DNA from: Octopus sinensis
Lineage: Eukaryota
DNA: 64,000 nucleotides
NCBI RefSeq assembly: GCF_006345805.1
Contig: NC_043002.1
Span: 73,284,001-73,348,000, forward strand
Direction of reading: 5' to 3'
The notes beneath the pieces were generated by a model. It saw only the letters and a list, made by a program, of their open reading frames with translations. It made no database searches and was not told the origin of the DNA. Every line of letters starts with the position of its first letter. The stretch's first letter is position 1. The translations under genes were made by a program, and so were the position numbers. Shown piece by piece: positions 1-11,840 of this stretch.

Positions 1-21
1 ACTGGTACTTATCCATTCAGG

Positions 22-400
22 GACAAGATCTTGTGGGGTTTTCCCAGTCAAATGGATAAAAAACTGGAACATAGCAAGCCAAATATTTACAGTAATAATA
101 AACAAGGAAAATCAAATTTTCAGGCTGATTGATTTATCATATCTATTTAATACTAAGGTTAGGAGGAAAGATGAAAACAGATGAAAAATTGATAAACTAC
201 AACCCATTAAAATTTCAGATTGTGAAGGATTTGGAACATGAAATCTGTAAAGATTATATGAGTGATAATTAAGGATTGTGAGTGATGAAATAGACAAATG
301 AATAAAGACAATTGGAGTGGAATGTCCAGTAAAACTTCTGCAGAAGGTTTGCCTTTTAGGAATAGGGAAGATCATCAGAAGGGTTTTGAGGACTTGATGG
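22..400 (+). mobile_element. Decayed R4/Dong-like (RLE) non-LTR retrotransposon, C-terminal endonuclease region
   Basis: Manual translation with stops and frameshifts: KILWGF...KKLEHSKPNI...RLIDLS...IKTIGVECPVKLLQKVCLLGIGKIIRRVL. This resembles the RLE C-terminus (ILWDF...RPDI...ID...LQKxxLLGTARILRKVL). Confidence 0.7.
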
Positions 401-3022
401 CTTATTGAAACTGTGTGGAGATCTAAGATTACATGGAGTAACTCGTTACCCACATAAATTCTACCAGGAATAAGATCAATCCTGAGTTAAGAAGGAAATA
501 ACTGACAAATTGAAACCAGTAATGAAAAAGATTTGTTGCTTTTAGGTTGTTAGCTCTGCTAGTACTTCACTATTAAATCTTATACATGAGGCTTCGAACA
601 TTATTGTATCATCTACCACCATTGCACCAGATACCAGTATCTGCACTCAGATGCCCTTCATGTTGTGAATCATCACCTACTTCCAAATAAGGTAATATTT
701 TTTCATGGCCAGACACAGTCACACTCATTTACAACTATCATGTAATATCAAAGCAAGGACAAACACATACGACAGGTTTCTTTAATTTTCCATCCACTAA
801 ATCCACTCATAAGGTGCCATGTAGTGGGACTGAACTCAGAACCATGTGATTGGGAGGCAAACTCCTAAACCATAAGCCTGCTCAATATAATCATTAAAAT
901 TGTACCATTACCCTTCTAGAATTTAGGATTAAAGGCATGACACCAAGAAAACTTAATTCTCATGGGTCAAATGTTAAGGATGTAATTTAATAGGAAAGCT
1001 TTGGAGATCTAAAAACTTTATCAGTGGTTAATAAATAATATTGACAGGAAGAATATCGTCATTTAATGTCCACTTTTTCATGCTTGGAAGGATCAAATGA
1101 AGTGTCCTGAGGAATATTCTCCAGCTGGTGTCCTTCAGTATCTGGCTGTAGGATATGCCTCAGCACACTCCATCTGTCGGAATACATTTGTGTGCTATCG
1201 TAATATAAAAAAAGGAATGGACAAGCAGTTTGAAAACAAATTCTAAGGTATTTTTAAATATATAATATATACTATTTCCTCCTACAAGTCAAGGGTCTTT
1301 GCCTTACAAGCTACTTGGTGACCCTGCTGGTGCCACATAAAAAGTACTCAGTACAGTACACTCTGTAAAGTAGTTGGTGTTAGGAAGGGCATCCAGCTGT
1401 AAAAAGCCATGCCAAAGCAGACAATAGAGCTTGGCAGTGCTCAGGCTTGTCAGTTCCTGTCAAATCCTCCAAGCCTGTGCTAGCATTGAAAACAGATGTT
1501 AAACAATGATGATGATAATAATGAGGAATCTGCTATCTTGTGTAGATTAAGCAAAGTCCCTTGAAATAAATAAATACCCCTGAGCACCTAAAATATAAGA
1601 AACATTGAAAGAATTTGGTAAAATGCCATTGAAAATTAGTAGTTTCTCTTAGCAAGAAAAGAGAGAAAAAAACCCTTATATCAATGGGCACTTACTTTTT
1701 TAATGCATATATGACTAATAAATGAGGATACCTTGAAGGAATCTTAATTAAGAAAAACAGTTAGAATAAAGATTTATGCATTTTTCTAGCAAATCAGAGC
1801 AGGAACTAAAAATACTCCAGTCCTTTTAGCAATGGAAATGTAGAAAATGTTAAATCAACATTTAGCAGTCACAGAAGAGGCAAAAGAAAAAAAAAATCAA
1901 CACATCTGTAAAAATAAACATTTGATGAAGAGTAATAGAAAGGAAGAGGAAGTCATCATCATCATCATCATCACTGATTGAACATAATGTAAGCAACCAA
2001 GTTTGGTTGGTGAACTGCCATCATCACAGAACAAGAAAGACAAAGAATCAGAGGCAAAAGAAAATTTCCTGAGAATTTTTAGGGGTATACATTCAACATA
2101 GTAAATTGACATTGTGATTAAAGGCTTAGAATTGTCAGTTTTAACATTTGTTTTGATTCTGGCAGTAGTGAAGTGCCTTATATAACATTCTGTTTTTTGC
2201 TGTTTTATTTTTTTGTACCTTCTCAACCATGAGTCCTAATATTTGATGATCTAAAACAGTTGCATTTATGTATGGAGAGGGGGGGGGGGGCATGTGTATG
2301 CAAGAATTTCCTGGCCTATAGCTACTAAACCTCTTCAGTCAACTTATGTCACCTTTTACACCCAACAACATATTGTAAATATTTCTAATACATTCATGTT
2401 AAGATAGCCATCTACCTGGTTCTGAGCTAAAAAGCAGGGGATATATCTGGTTGCTAATCTGCTAGAAAAATTGTCAAATCTCTTTCAAATCACACACTGT
2501 CCCATCTTTAAAAAAGAGGGACACATAACGATATTAAGTCTTTACCATCATAATGTTTTTCTATGCTGGCATGGGTTGGATGAGTCCTCATCGTCTGGCT
2601 CACACAACAAAAAGCCAGCCACCAACTTTAGTGCTGTATATGTCTTACAGTGTGAACCAGTGTTTTATCATGCTATCAGCACTAGAAAGTTTGTCAAATA
2701 TGAGAAGAATTAATGGTGCCCTACTTGATAAGTAGCTTGTAATGTGGCTTGTAGAATCCATGTTTCATTCATATATCCCATTATTGGCAAATTTTCTGAA
2801 AAGATGCTCTTTCTCCTACTTGGTACAATTTGTCATGTCACTGGTACGAAATACATTGTCCCCTACAAGGAAGTCTAAGAGATCCTCACCATCTTTTACC
2901 AGTGCTGAATATCAAGGAAAAAAAAATGGGATGGTCATTAGATGGAACATCTTTCATCACAGGTCTCCTTAATCAAGGCTGACCTAGTGCTAAACAATTA
3001 TACTTATTTAGCACGTAAAAAT

Positions 3023-3071
<49 letters not shown>

Positions 3072-3363
3072 TTAAATGAAGCAACAATGAATGAAGAAAT
3101 GCCCTTACACCTCTATATTAGTCAATTTTCTTTAGCCAATACATGCTGAAAGTTTAAAGCTTATAACTATTATTTTTCCAATGGCCCGATAACTGAAGAG
3201 ATGGCAGCTTGGTTTTCTGCCCCGACATCTGAAACTCGGAGTTTTATCATGGCTACCAAATAATTTTTACATATTACATTTACAGATAAATTCCTCTATT
3301 TACATAATATCGAGGTCTCTTTCATTCTTTTGTTGTCTTTCTATCAATATGTATATATATATA

Positions 3364-3899
3364 TCTAATATAAAATCCTGTCTGTGTGTCTTCTCAGATC
3401 TCGGGCATCCTCCATCCGATTGCGCTCAAATTTGATATGTAGATACCGCCGGTATCTGGGCGTGTATAAGTCTTGAAAAAATTACAAAAATCGATTCCAA
3501 GTGAGAATGTGATCAATAAAGCCATTTTTGTCCTGCTTTTCTTCCGTTAACCTGTACATAACAGTACCTTCCATTTTTTGTTGTTTTTGTACTGCTTAAA
3601 GGCACATTTCTTTCCTGCCAAGCTTACTGTTTAAACCATGTTTGTGTTCTTCCAGTCAACAGCCTTATCATTACTGGTACTTTAAACTCTTCGGTTGCAT
3701 ATTTGTGTGAAGAAAATTGTTTTTCTTTGGAATAGAAAAAAGTCTATCTTTATTTCTTCTTTTGCTGGAGTCTCAAATTTAGGTTAAATCAGTGTTTCTC
3801 AAAGGGGAGGCCTATGGGACGGTCGGACAAGTTGCTTTGAGAAAATTTGGTTTAAATGTTTGACAACTCAGCACTGTCCATTGGACGGGGACCGTTTTG

Positions 3900-3903
<4 letters not shown>
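3364..3903 (+). mobile_element. Helitron/Helentron-like non-autonomous element
   Basis: 5' TCTAATATAAAATCC plus CTGT repeat; subterminal hairpin near the 3' end (CTGTCCATTGGACGG); ends in (TA)n. Second copy at 50805-51182. Confidence 0.55.
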
Positions 3904-3938
<35 letters not shown>

Positions 3939-4534
3939 CATTTGTAAACTAAAGTGACCATTGGTTTCCTGTTAAAATACTTGGATATTCTACTCCTAAC
4001 ATGAAACCAATGGTAGCCTTAATTCACAAATAAAGAAATACACACACACACCATTGCTTTAGCTAATTTGTTTCATCACACATACCAAGTTCATTCTCTT
4101 CATTCAATCCCTACCACAGTACCACATTACACACACACACACATACTACCATATCGCATATGAAATACAGTGTATGTATTTCAATTGATATTGAAAATAA
4201 TGAATTTGGAAGAGTTTGGTAAGATGACTTATTAAATGAATGCTTGAAACAGAATCAAGTAAATACTTTGTAAACAAGAGGATTTGTTTCAAAGAATCTA
4301 AGGTCATCAGGGGTGGTGGATTAGTATTGAAAGGGTTAAGTTATTTTAAAGGAGTAAGGTTTGGTTTATGATGAAAAGATATCTCAAAGCCTACAACTAA
4401 AGCTAAAAAAAAAAAATTTCTTTGTATAAACTTTGTTAATTTACTTCTTACCAGAGACCACCATATTACCCCTTGATTATTCTTATCACCAATTGCATTG
4501 GAAAACTGAATGAGTCTATCTGTAAATAGGAACA

Positions 4535-4850
4535 TCATCATCGTTTAACGTCCGTTTTCCATGCTAGCATGGGTTGGACGGTTCAACCGGGGTCTGGGAA
4601 GCCAGGAGGCTGCACCAGGCTCGTCTGATCTGGCAGTGTTTCTACAGCTGGATGCCCTTCCTAACGCCAACAACTGTGAGTGTAGGGGGTGCTTTTTACG
4701 TGCCACCGGCACAGGTGCCAGGGGAGGCTGGCAGCGGCCATGATTAGTTGATGGTTTTTTACATGTCACAGGCACAGAAGCCAGTCAAGGTGGCGCTGGC
4801 ATCGGCCACATTCGGATGGTGCTTTTTACATGCCACCAGCACGAGCCTAT
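4535..4850 (-). mobile_element. RTE 3'UTR-derived fragment
   Basis: Matches 18330-18700 (tttaacgtccgttttccatgctagcatgggttggacgg...gatgcccttcctaacgcc; gcttttacgtgccacc repeats). Related copies at about 1300-1510 (+), 10210-10562 (+), 23985-24135 (-) and 31475-31690 (-). Confidence 0.75.
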
Positions 4851-5346
4851 AAATCACAGTTGTTAATCTGAATCACGCTGTTCATGCAGCCCCTATTAAA
4901 TAAGGGTGTGCATTATTTTTGAATGGTTTGCTCAGCAAGAGTGTCACAGCCATAACAGGACCTCCGAGACTGACAAGATTAACACATTACATTTGCCTCT
5001 TGAACAGCTGCATGTAAAATATAGGCAAGTATGGAATACCAGAAAGATTAGTATACTGGAACAAAAAGATTAGGTGCGGTGATTTCTGCAAAAACTTGGA
5101 TGAGAAGACAGAATATGATAAGAAGGATTCTGGAGAGCCTAAGTAGAGATGGCACGAAACACTGCATAAAACAGAGTGAAGAGATAAGTACATGTGATCT
5201 GAGATTTCACTAGGATTTAGACAATGTCCTTGTAAACATAATTTCTGTTATGTTTATCTTCAGACCAATCCTTGACTCAAGCTAATTCTTTCGGATGTCA
5301 AATTTCTTCATTGTTTTTCAGTTAATTCTAAAACGTGAACAAAATA

Positions 5347-5730
5347 GGCGTAGGAGTGGCTGTGTGGTAAGTAGCTTGCTTACCAACCACATGGTTCCAA
5401 GTTCAGTCCCACTGCGTGGCACCTTGGGCAAGTGTCTTCTATAGCCTCATGCTGACCAAAGCCTTGTGAGTGAATTTGGTAGACGGGAACTGAAAGAAGC
5501 CTGTTGTATATATGTATGTATATATGTTTGCATATCTGTGTTTGTCCCCCCCAACATCACTTGACAACCGATGGTGTGCCTGTGTCCCCGTAGCTTAGCG
5601 GTTCAGCAAAAAAGAATGATAGAATAAATACTAGGCTTACAAAGAATAAGTCCTGGGATTGAATTGCTTGACTAAAGGCGGTGCTCCAGCATGGCCACAG
5701 TCAAATGACTGAAACAAGTAAAAGAGTAAA
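5347..5730 (+). mobile_element. tRNA-derived SINE family A (CORE-like CCTTGGGCAAGT, internal TA/TG microsatellite, AGTAAAAG tail)
   Basis: A/B boxes (GCTGTGTGGTAAG; GGTTCAGTCCC). Dominant repeat of the window. Confidence 0.85.
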
Positions 5731-7531
5731 ATGGTAATATTACACAAGCACCTACTGACCAATTCAGAAACTGATCAATGTTTATAAAAGGCCATAATGA
5801 AAAAGGGTAAAAAAAGGAGCCTTGGTATAGATCTATCTACTTGAAGGCTTAATCCCTTTCTATATGTAATGCTGATTCTGATCATACATTTTCACAGGGT
5901 CTCAACTGTTTTCACACATCATTCACCTTTACCCACCTCATAAAATCTAACATTGTAGGAAGTCTTTTTATCAGTCAATAAAAAGCAAAGCTGTCAATTC
6001 TATGCCAAGTACACATCTACAGTACCACATTCTGGTACAAACACAAACTTTTAATCATTTTTATTGGTTTAACATCAAATATGCAAGGTTGTTCACAGCT
6101 ATGTGTCGTCTTCTCCTCCAAAAGCTTTTATCATTAATCTCTCTCTCTCAAAACATGACCTGTTTTTGTATCAAATCAATGAATCATAACAGTGACTCAA
6201 AGACAACACTACCACAATCTGATTATTGAAGTGACAATTGCTACACATACAAACAAACCACTGCTTTCAATATTTAGACATTTCTTAGAACTCTCCTTAA
6301 TTCTAAAAAGCTTTGCTTGGCATTTGTGTGGTTCCTGATTCAGTCTCCCTACACAGTCTAAGACAAGCATTTCCTACCATGGTCTTGTGCTGACTAATCC
6401 CTTGTGAGCGGGAATTTGGTAGGCGTAAATTTTCTGGAAACCTGCTGTATCATTCATTATGTCCATTTTTCCATAGCATGGGTTAGATGAATACATACTA
6501 TTGAAGTATTGTTTTATAGCTAGATGCCCTTCATGTTGCTAGCACATAACTGCTTTTCAGGTGAGGGTTTTCTCATTGTCCTTCTTCAAAATAACAAAGC
6601 TGGCTGATTATTTGAGAGGAAATGCCAACAGACATCACCATTCATGAGGTTCAGCACATTCTATGTCAAGTGCAAATATTCATAGACATACAGGCATCCA
6701 CACTATATATATATATATATATATATATCTCAGATGGGCTTCCATACAACTTTCATTTACCGAATCTAAATAGTACTCAAACAGTATTGGTTGACTCAGT
6801 GTTGTAGTACAAAATATCTGCCTATTTATTTATGCACAGCATACATGCCAGATATACACATATTAAGGTGTGATTTGAAGTACAGCTGGCCACTATTTCT
6901 GGCATATTTCATGAATATTTAATCACTTGTCTGTTGTTGATTAACTACAAGTTAGATACATGACTGAAAGCAATTGCATTATGTATGTATCTAGAAACGC
7001 AAATGCAAAGTGCCCTCTTGAATTTTATGATTTGAGGACATTTGACTGCTATTTCTAGTAAATTCAGTAACAACATAAAGCAGCATTTCTTGTCCTTTCT
7101 GCTCTTGGGGAAATCCTTGAAATTCATTCCATGACCCAGGGATTCCCAATATAAGAAAACCATTGTATATTTTTTCCTTTTTTTCTAGTCTTTCATAAAG
7201 AAAAAATTGTCATGGGACTAAACAAATCAGTAATAAATCCATCAACATAGATTTAAGAAATTTTGTCTAAATATTCAAGACATTTCTGATGAAATTCTCA
7301 AATTATTTCCTATTGAAAGGTCAATTTTTTATAACTGCTGGGTTTCCTTACTACTCCTCAATGTAAGAATTTCGCTACCAAAAGAGAATATACTTTGTGT
7401 CATTATCATCATCATCACCATGGTTTTAAAGTCAAAATTTTCATTTGCATGGGTCAGATGGAATTGCTAAGACTGATTTTCAATGGCTGGAGACCGTTCC
7501 TGTCACCAACATTCAACTGTTTATAAGCAAA

Positions 7532-7945
7532 TTAATTTTCCCCATCATTGTCAACACACTTGGAGACGGCCATGAAAGTTATCGATAACTCTATGGATCA
7601 TTTCTTCTGGAATGGTTGTTATTTCTACACAAATTGCACGTTTTAATTCATCAAGGATCGAAGGTGATGACTGAATACTTTTGATTTTAAATATCCCCAC
7701 AAGAAGAAATCACAATTCACCATTCCAGAAGAAATGATCCATAGAGTTATTGATAAATTTCATGAACGTCCCCAACAGTGTGTTGACAATGATGGGAAGC
7801 ATTTAGCCGATTTAATTTTTAAAACTTAATGAAATAAAATGGCATTATATGTACATTCAGAAAATAAAATTTTTCTTTTCATTATTTCTTATTTTGTGCT
7901 TTTATTAAGCCTCCAAATGTGTCAGATCATTTTGGTCCACCCTGT
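7532..7945. mobile_element. Fold-back Tc1/mariner (maT/DD37D-like) 3'-end remnant
   Basis: Minus strand 7716-7532 reads CDFFLWGYLKSKVF...LDELKRAI...IPEEMIHRVIDNF. Plus strand from 7719 repeats IPEEMIHRVIDKF...LIFKT* and ends in TIR-like ...GGTCCACCCTG-TA. Confidence 0.75.
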
Positions 7946-8417
7946 ATGTATGTATGTATATATATATATATATATCTCTCTCACCTCCAGCCCCCTCGAT
8001 CTGTCTCTTCTCTCCCTCGTCCACCTCTCTCCCTTTTCATCTGTCCCTTTCTCCTGTCTTTTGTTCTCACGTGATAGCTAGCCGCTGTTGAGCGCTCTTT
8101 TCGTTTTCAGCAGCCTCAGAAGCACACGTATTGTTCGTCTCCCCGTGGCCTTTAGGCACAACTTCACAAGCCAGCCCCTACTCAAATCGTCCTGTCGAAA
8201 GACCCTTGTCCTACGTCCTGGTTTTGTTTTGTTGTTTATTTTTTATTTTTACCGTTATTGTTTTTACGTTTTTGTATTCTTATTGGTGTCACGTATTCTG
8301 TATTTTTGTTTGTGTACTTCGATCGTTTTCCGTCCTTTCGTTGTATACATTCGAAGCTTCTTCCAGGGGATCTAATGCGCTTGGCTTAGATTTCCCTTGG
8401 CGGGCTGGCCATATCGG

Positions 8418-8482
8418 AGCAATCTCAAGATTAATCAGCCGAAATTGCTAAGATGATCTGGTTCTTGACTGATGACTGAGGG
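8418..8482 (+). ncRNA. Candidate non-circularly permuted hammerhead ribozyme, family 1 copy a
   Basis: AGCAAT(8418-23) C| TCAAGA(8425-30) TTAATCAGCC GAA ATTGCT(8444-49), 13-nt linker, TCTTGA(8463-68) CTGATGA(8469-75) CTGA. Stems III and I are perfect 6-bp helices abutting the core. Stem II (CTGA/TCAG) is out of register by 2 nt. Confidence 0.6.
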
Positions 8483-9187
8483 CTTCGAATGTCCCGTCCT
8501 GTGGTTCTTGTGTCGTCTCTGTGGTGTTTCATGTTCTTGTCCATGTCTGTAATTAATTTTACTGTTTACCTATAAATCGGCGGCTACGTATCCACAATTG
8601 TCCTTATACGATAAGTATATTTTTTTCTCAAGCTTTGATAACTCTCTTCTCTGTCTCTTTTTCCTCTTCTCCTCTCCTCCCTTATTCCACTCCTTTCTTT
8701 CCCTCTCCATCCGTCCCCCCCCCTTTCTACGTTTCTCTATCTCTCTCACCTCCAGCCCCCTCGATCTGTCTCTTTCTTCTCCCTCGTCCACCTTCTCTCC
8801 CTTTTCATCTGTCCCTTTCTCCTGTCTTTTGTTCTCACGTGACAGCTAGCCGCTGTTGAGCGCTCTTTTCGTTTTCAGCAGCCTCAGAAGCAACACGTAT
8901 TTGTTCGTCTCCCCGTGGCCTTTAGGCACAACTTCACAAGCCAGCCCCTACTCAAATCGTCCTGTCGAAAGACCCTTGTCCTACGTCCTGGTTTGGTTTG
9001 TTGTTTATTTTTTATTTTTACCGTTATTGTTTTTACGTTTTTGTATTCTTATTGGTGTCACGTATTCTGTATTTTTGTTTGTGTACTTCGATCGTTTTCC
9101 GTCCTTTCGTTGTATACATTCGAAGCTTTCTTCCAGGGGATCTAATGCGCTTGGCTTAGATTTCCCTTGGCGGGCTGGCCATATCGG

Positions 9188-9252
9188 AGCAATCTCAAGA
9201 TTAATCAGCCGAAATTGCTAAGATGATCTGGTTCTTGACTGATGACTGAGGG
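9188..9252 (+). ncRNA. Candidate permuted hammerhead ribozyme, family 1 copy b
   Basis: Identical to 8418-8482 at an offset of 770 nt. Confidence 0.6.
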
Positions 9253-9337
9253 CTTCGAATGTCCCGTCCTGTGGTTCTTGTGTCGTCTCTGTGGTGTTCA
9301 TGTTCTTGTCCATGTCTGTAATTAATTTTACTGTTTA

Positions 9338-9381
<44 letters not shown>

Positions 9382-9692
9382 TATATGTATATGTTTGTAT
9401 TTCTGTGTGTGTATCTGAGTTTGTTCCCCCCACCACCATCACTTGACAACCGAAGTTGGTGTGTCTATGTCCCGGTAACTTAGTGGTTCGGCCAAAGAGT
9501 CCAATAGAATAAGTACTAGGCTTACAAAGAATAAGTCCTGGGGTCAATTTGTTCAATTAAAGGTGGCACTTCAGTATGGCCACAGTGAAATGACTGAAAC
9601 AAGTAAAAGAATATATATATATATAATTACATACATATATTTTCTCTTACTTCTTTCAGTTAGACTACAGCCATGCTGGAGCACCGCCTTAA

Positions 9693-9907
9693 CCCTTTTG
9701 TTACTGTATTTATTTTGAGATGCTCTGTGTTTCTTTCAATTACTTTAAATATAACAAAGAATTTAGTAAAATAACTTACTTATCGTTCAGCCAGTGTTAG
9801 GAGCATAAATTGTGACTAAGGTTTGGTGAAAGATTAAAATTCAAAACTTATAAAAACAAGACATTTCTACTACAGAGCCGGTTTCAACCGGGTTGGTAAC
9901 GAAAGGG
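9693..9907. mobile_element. piggyBac-type MITE inserted in a SINE
   Basis: TTAA|CCCTTTTGTTAC...GTAACGAAAGGG|TTAA (TSD 9689-92 and 9908-11). The host SINE continues on both sides. Degenerate relatives at about 29151-29356, 29970-30174 and 48383-48710. Confidence 0.85.
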
Positions 9908-11501
9908 TTAAAGGATTCAGTTGAACAAATCACCCCAGTACATATTTTAAAGTTTGGCACTTATTCTATCAGTTTCTTTTTGCTGAACTGCCAAGTTACA
10001 GGGATGTAAACAAAGCAACACTGGTTGTCAAGCAGTGGGATAAGAAACACATATACATAGGAGTTTCTTCCAGTTTCCTTCTACCAAATGGGTCCATTCA
10101 CAAGGCTTTGGTCAGTCTATAGCTGTAGTAGAAGGCACTATGCAGAGCTACACAGTAGGACTGAATTCAGAACCACGCAGGTAAGAAGCAAAAAATATAT
10201 ATATAAGCAACATTCAAGCCTGATTGTTACCAGCATCACCTTACTGGCACTTGTGCCGGTGGCACATGAAAAAATGTTTAAGCGAGGTCCTTGCCAGTGC
10301 CACTGGACTGGCTCCTGTGTAGGTGGCATATAAAAAACACAATTTGAGCATGGCCGTTGCCAGTACCGCCTGACGGGCCCTCGTGCCGGTGGCACATAAA
10401 AGCATCCACTATACTCTCGGAGTGGTTGGTGTTAGGAAGGGCATCCAGCTGTAGAAACTGCCAGATCAGATTGGAGCCTGATGCAGCCATTTGGTTCACC
10501 AGTCCTCAGTCAAATCGTCCAATCCATGCTAGCATGGAAAGCAGACAAACGATGATGATGATGACTACTGTCTAGGAAATGTATTCACAAGGTTTTGGTC
10601 AACCTGGGGTTATAATAGACACTTACCAAATGTGCCATGTCATTGGATTGTTGGGAGACAAGTTTCTTTATCACACAGCCATGCCAAAACATATTTAAAA
10701 AGAAATTGAAATACATTTATAATTCAAATGGGGAGAAGTGGGTATTTAAAACAATTATATAGCAATCTAGACCTTGCAAAAAATCTGAAGTGTCTTCAGA
10801 TTCCAGAATTTTTCATTCACAGAAAACAATAGGTAGCTTTTGGCCTCAAAACTATATTCCTCTAATTGAATACTTTCATGAGAAATTAAATACAGATATC
10901 AATTACTACTGGTGAAATAATGTCAAGGATAGATTAACAAGCAAACAATTGTTGAAACTTAAACAGTTCTCACTTAAACCAAAAGGCCTTGAGTTAAAAA
11001 GACAGCCTTTACATAGTTGTTTAGCCTGCTTGAAATGGCAAATAATTTTCCCCTCAAATCACATAACACTTTTGTTAATGAATTTGTGTTGAAATACACT
11101 TCCTTCATTTTAATTAATTTTGAAAATAATGACAAATTAAGTAAAATAGCATTTTGTTATTATTAAGCTGGTGTTTGAAACAGAAACGAACATGAATTTT
11201 TCAATCATAGGTTTTACTATAGATCATTTGAAAATAAGGAGCCAAAGATGGTCTTAGGTCCGTTAGTGTCATAAGGATAAAAAAAAAAAAAAGGAAGGAC
11301 ACATTATACATCTAGTTCAAATGACAAAATGGTCATGGCTTAAATGCTTTCAATTAGATTTATAGGTTTGCTTGATCCTAGATGGCCTGGGGGTTAAACA
11401 ACAAGTAAAACCTTTTAAATCATTAAATGAATAGCTTTAATCCATGTAGGAAGTTTCGTATTAAGACAACAATTTAAGAGCTGTGTGTGTGGGGGGGGGG
11501 A

Positions 11502-11780
11502 CACATGGCCTAGTGGTTAGAGCAGCGGACTCGCAGTCAAGGGATTGCAGGTTCAAATCTCAGGCCGGGTGATGTGTGTGTTTATGAATGAAACACCTGA
11601 GCTCCGCGCGGCTCCGGCAGATGGTAATGGTAAACTTCTGACTCTTTCGCCACAACTTTCTCTCACTCTTTCCTCTTGCATCTCACCTGCAACGGACCAG
11701 CGTCCCATCCAGGTGGGGAACCTGTATGCCCAGGAAACAAGCCTTTATGAGGCAGGCATGGCTCGAGAAGGAACAAACAA
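11502..11780 (+). mobile_element. tRNA-derived SINE family C
   Basis: TGGCCTAGTGGTTAGAGC A box and GGTTCAAATC B box. Conserved GGACCAGCGTCCCATCCAG domain, also seen at 14365-14600 (+), 12700-12960 (-) and 61075-61320 (-). Confidence 0.7.
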
Positions 11781-11805
11781 TATATATATATATATATATA
11801 CATAC

Positions 11806-11840
<35 letters not shown>

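Larger units (their letters stand above)
7975..9340 (+). mobile_element. Non-coding, ribozyme-bearing partial-tandem element (about 1.8 x 770-nt unit) in (TA)n; retrozyme or Penelope pLTR-like
   Basis: 7975-8575 is duplicated at about 8740-9340. (TA)n lies at both ends. Layout: CT-rich tract, T-rich tract, hairpin, hammerhead-like core. No credible ORF. Confidence 0.55.

Noticed and set aside
112-453. 113-aa minus-strand ORF
   Set aside because: Antisense shadow of the decayed plus-strand R4/Dong-like remnant.
4270-4320. Minus-strand CTGATGA...GAAAC with a 4-bp stem III
   Set aside because: No stem I or stem II pairing; chance match.
5025-5075. GKYGIPERLV, an RT-like peptide
   Set aside because: Too short, with no flanking RT motifs recognisable.
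8469-8500. Canonical type I hammerhead reading CTGATGA...GAAT GTC
   Set aside because: GAAT instead of GAAA and no downstream stem I partner. The permuted pairing explains the sequence far better.
8088-9221. ORFs of 76-121 aa in the duplicated element
   Set aside because: Low-complexity F/V/L/S content, and the frames differ between the two copies. Single-base indels between copies may partly be long-read errors.
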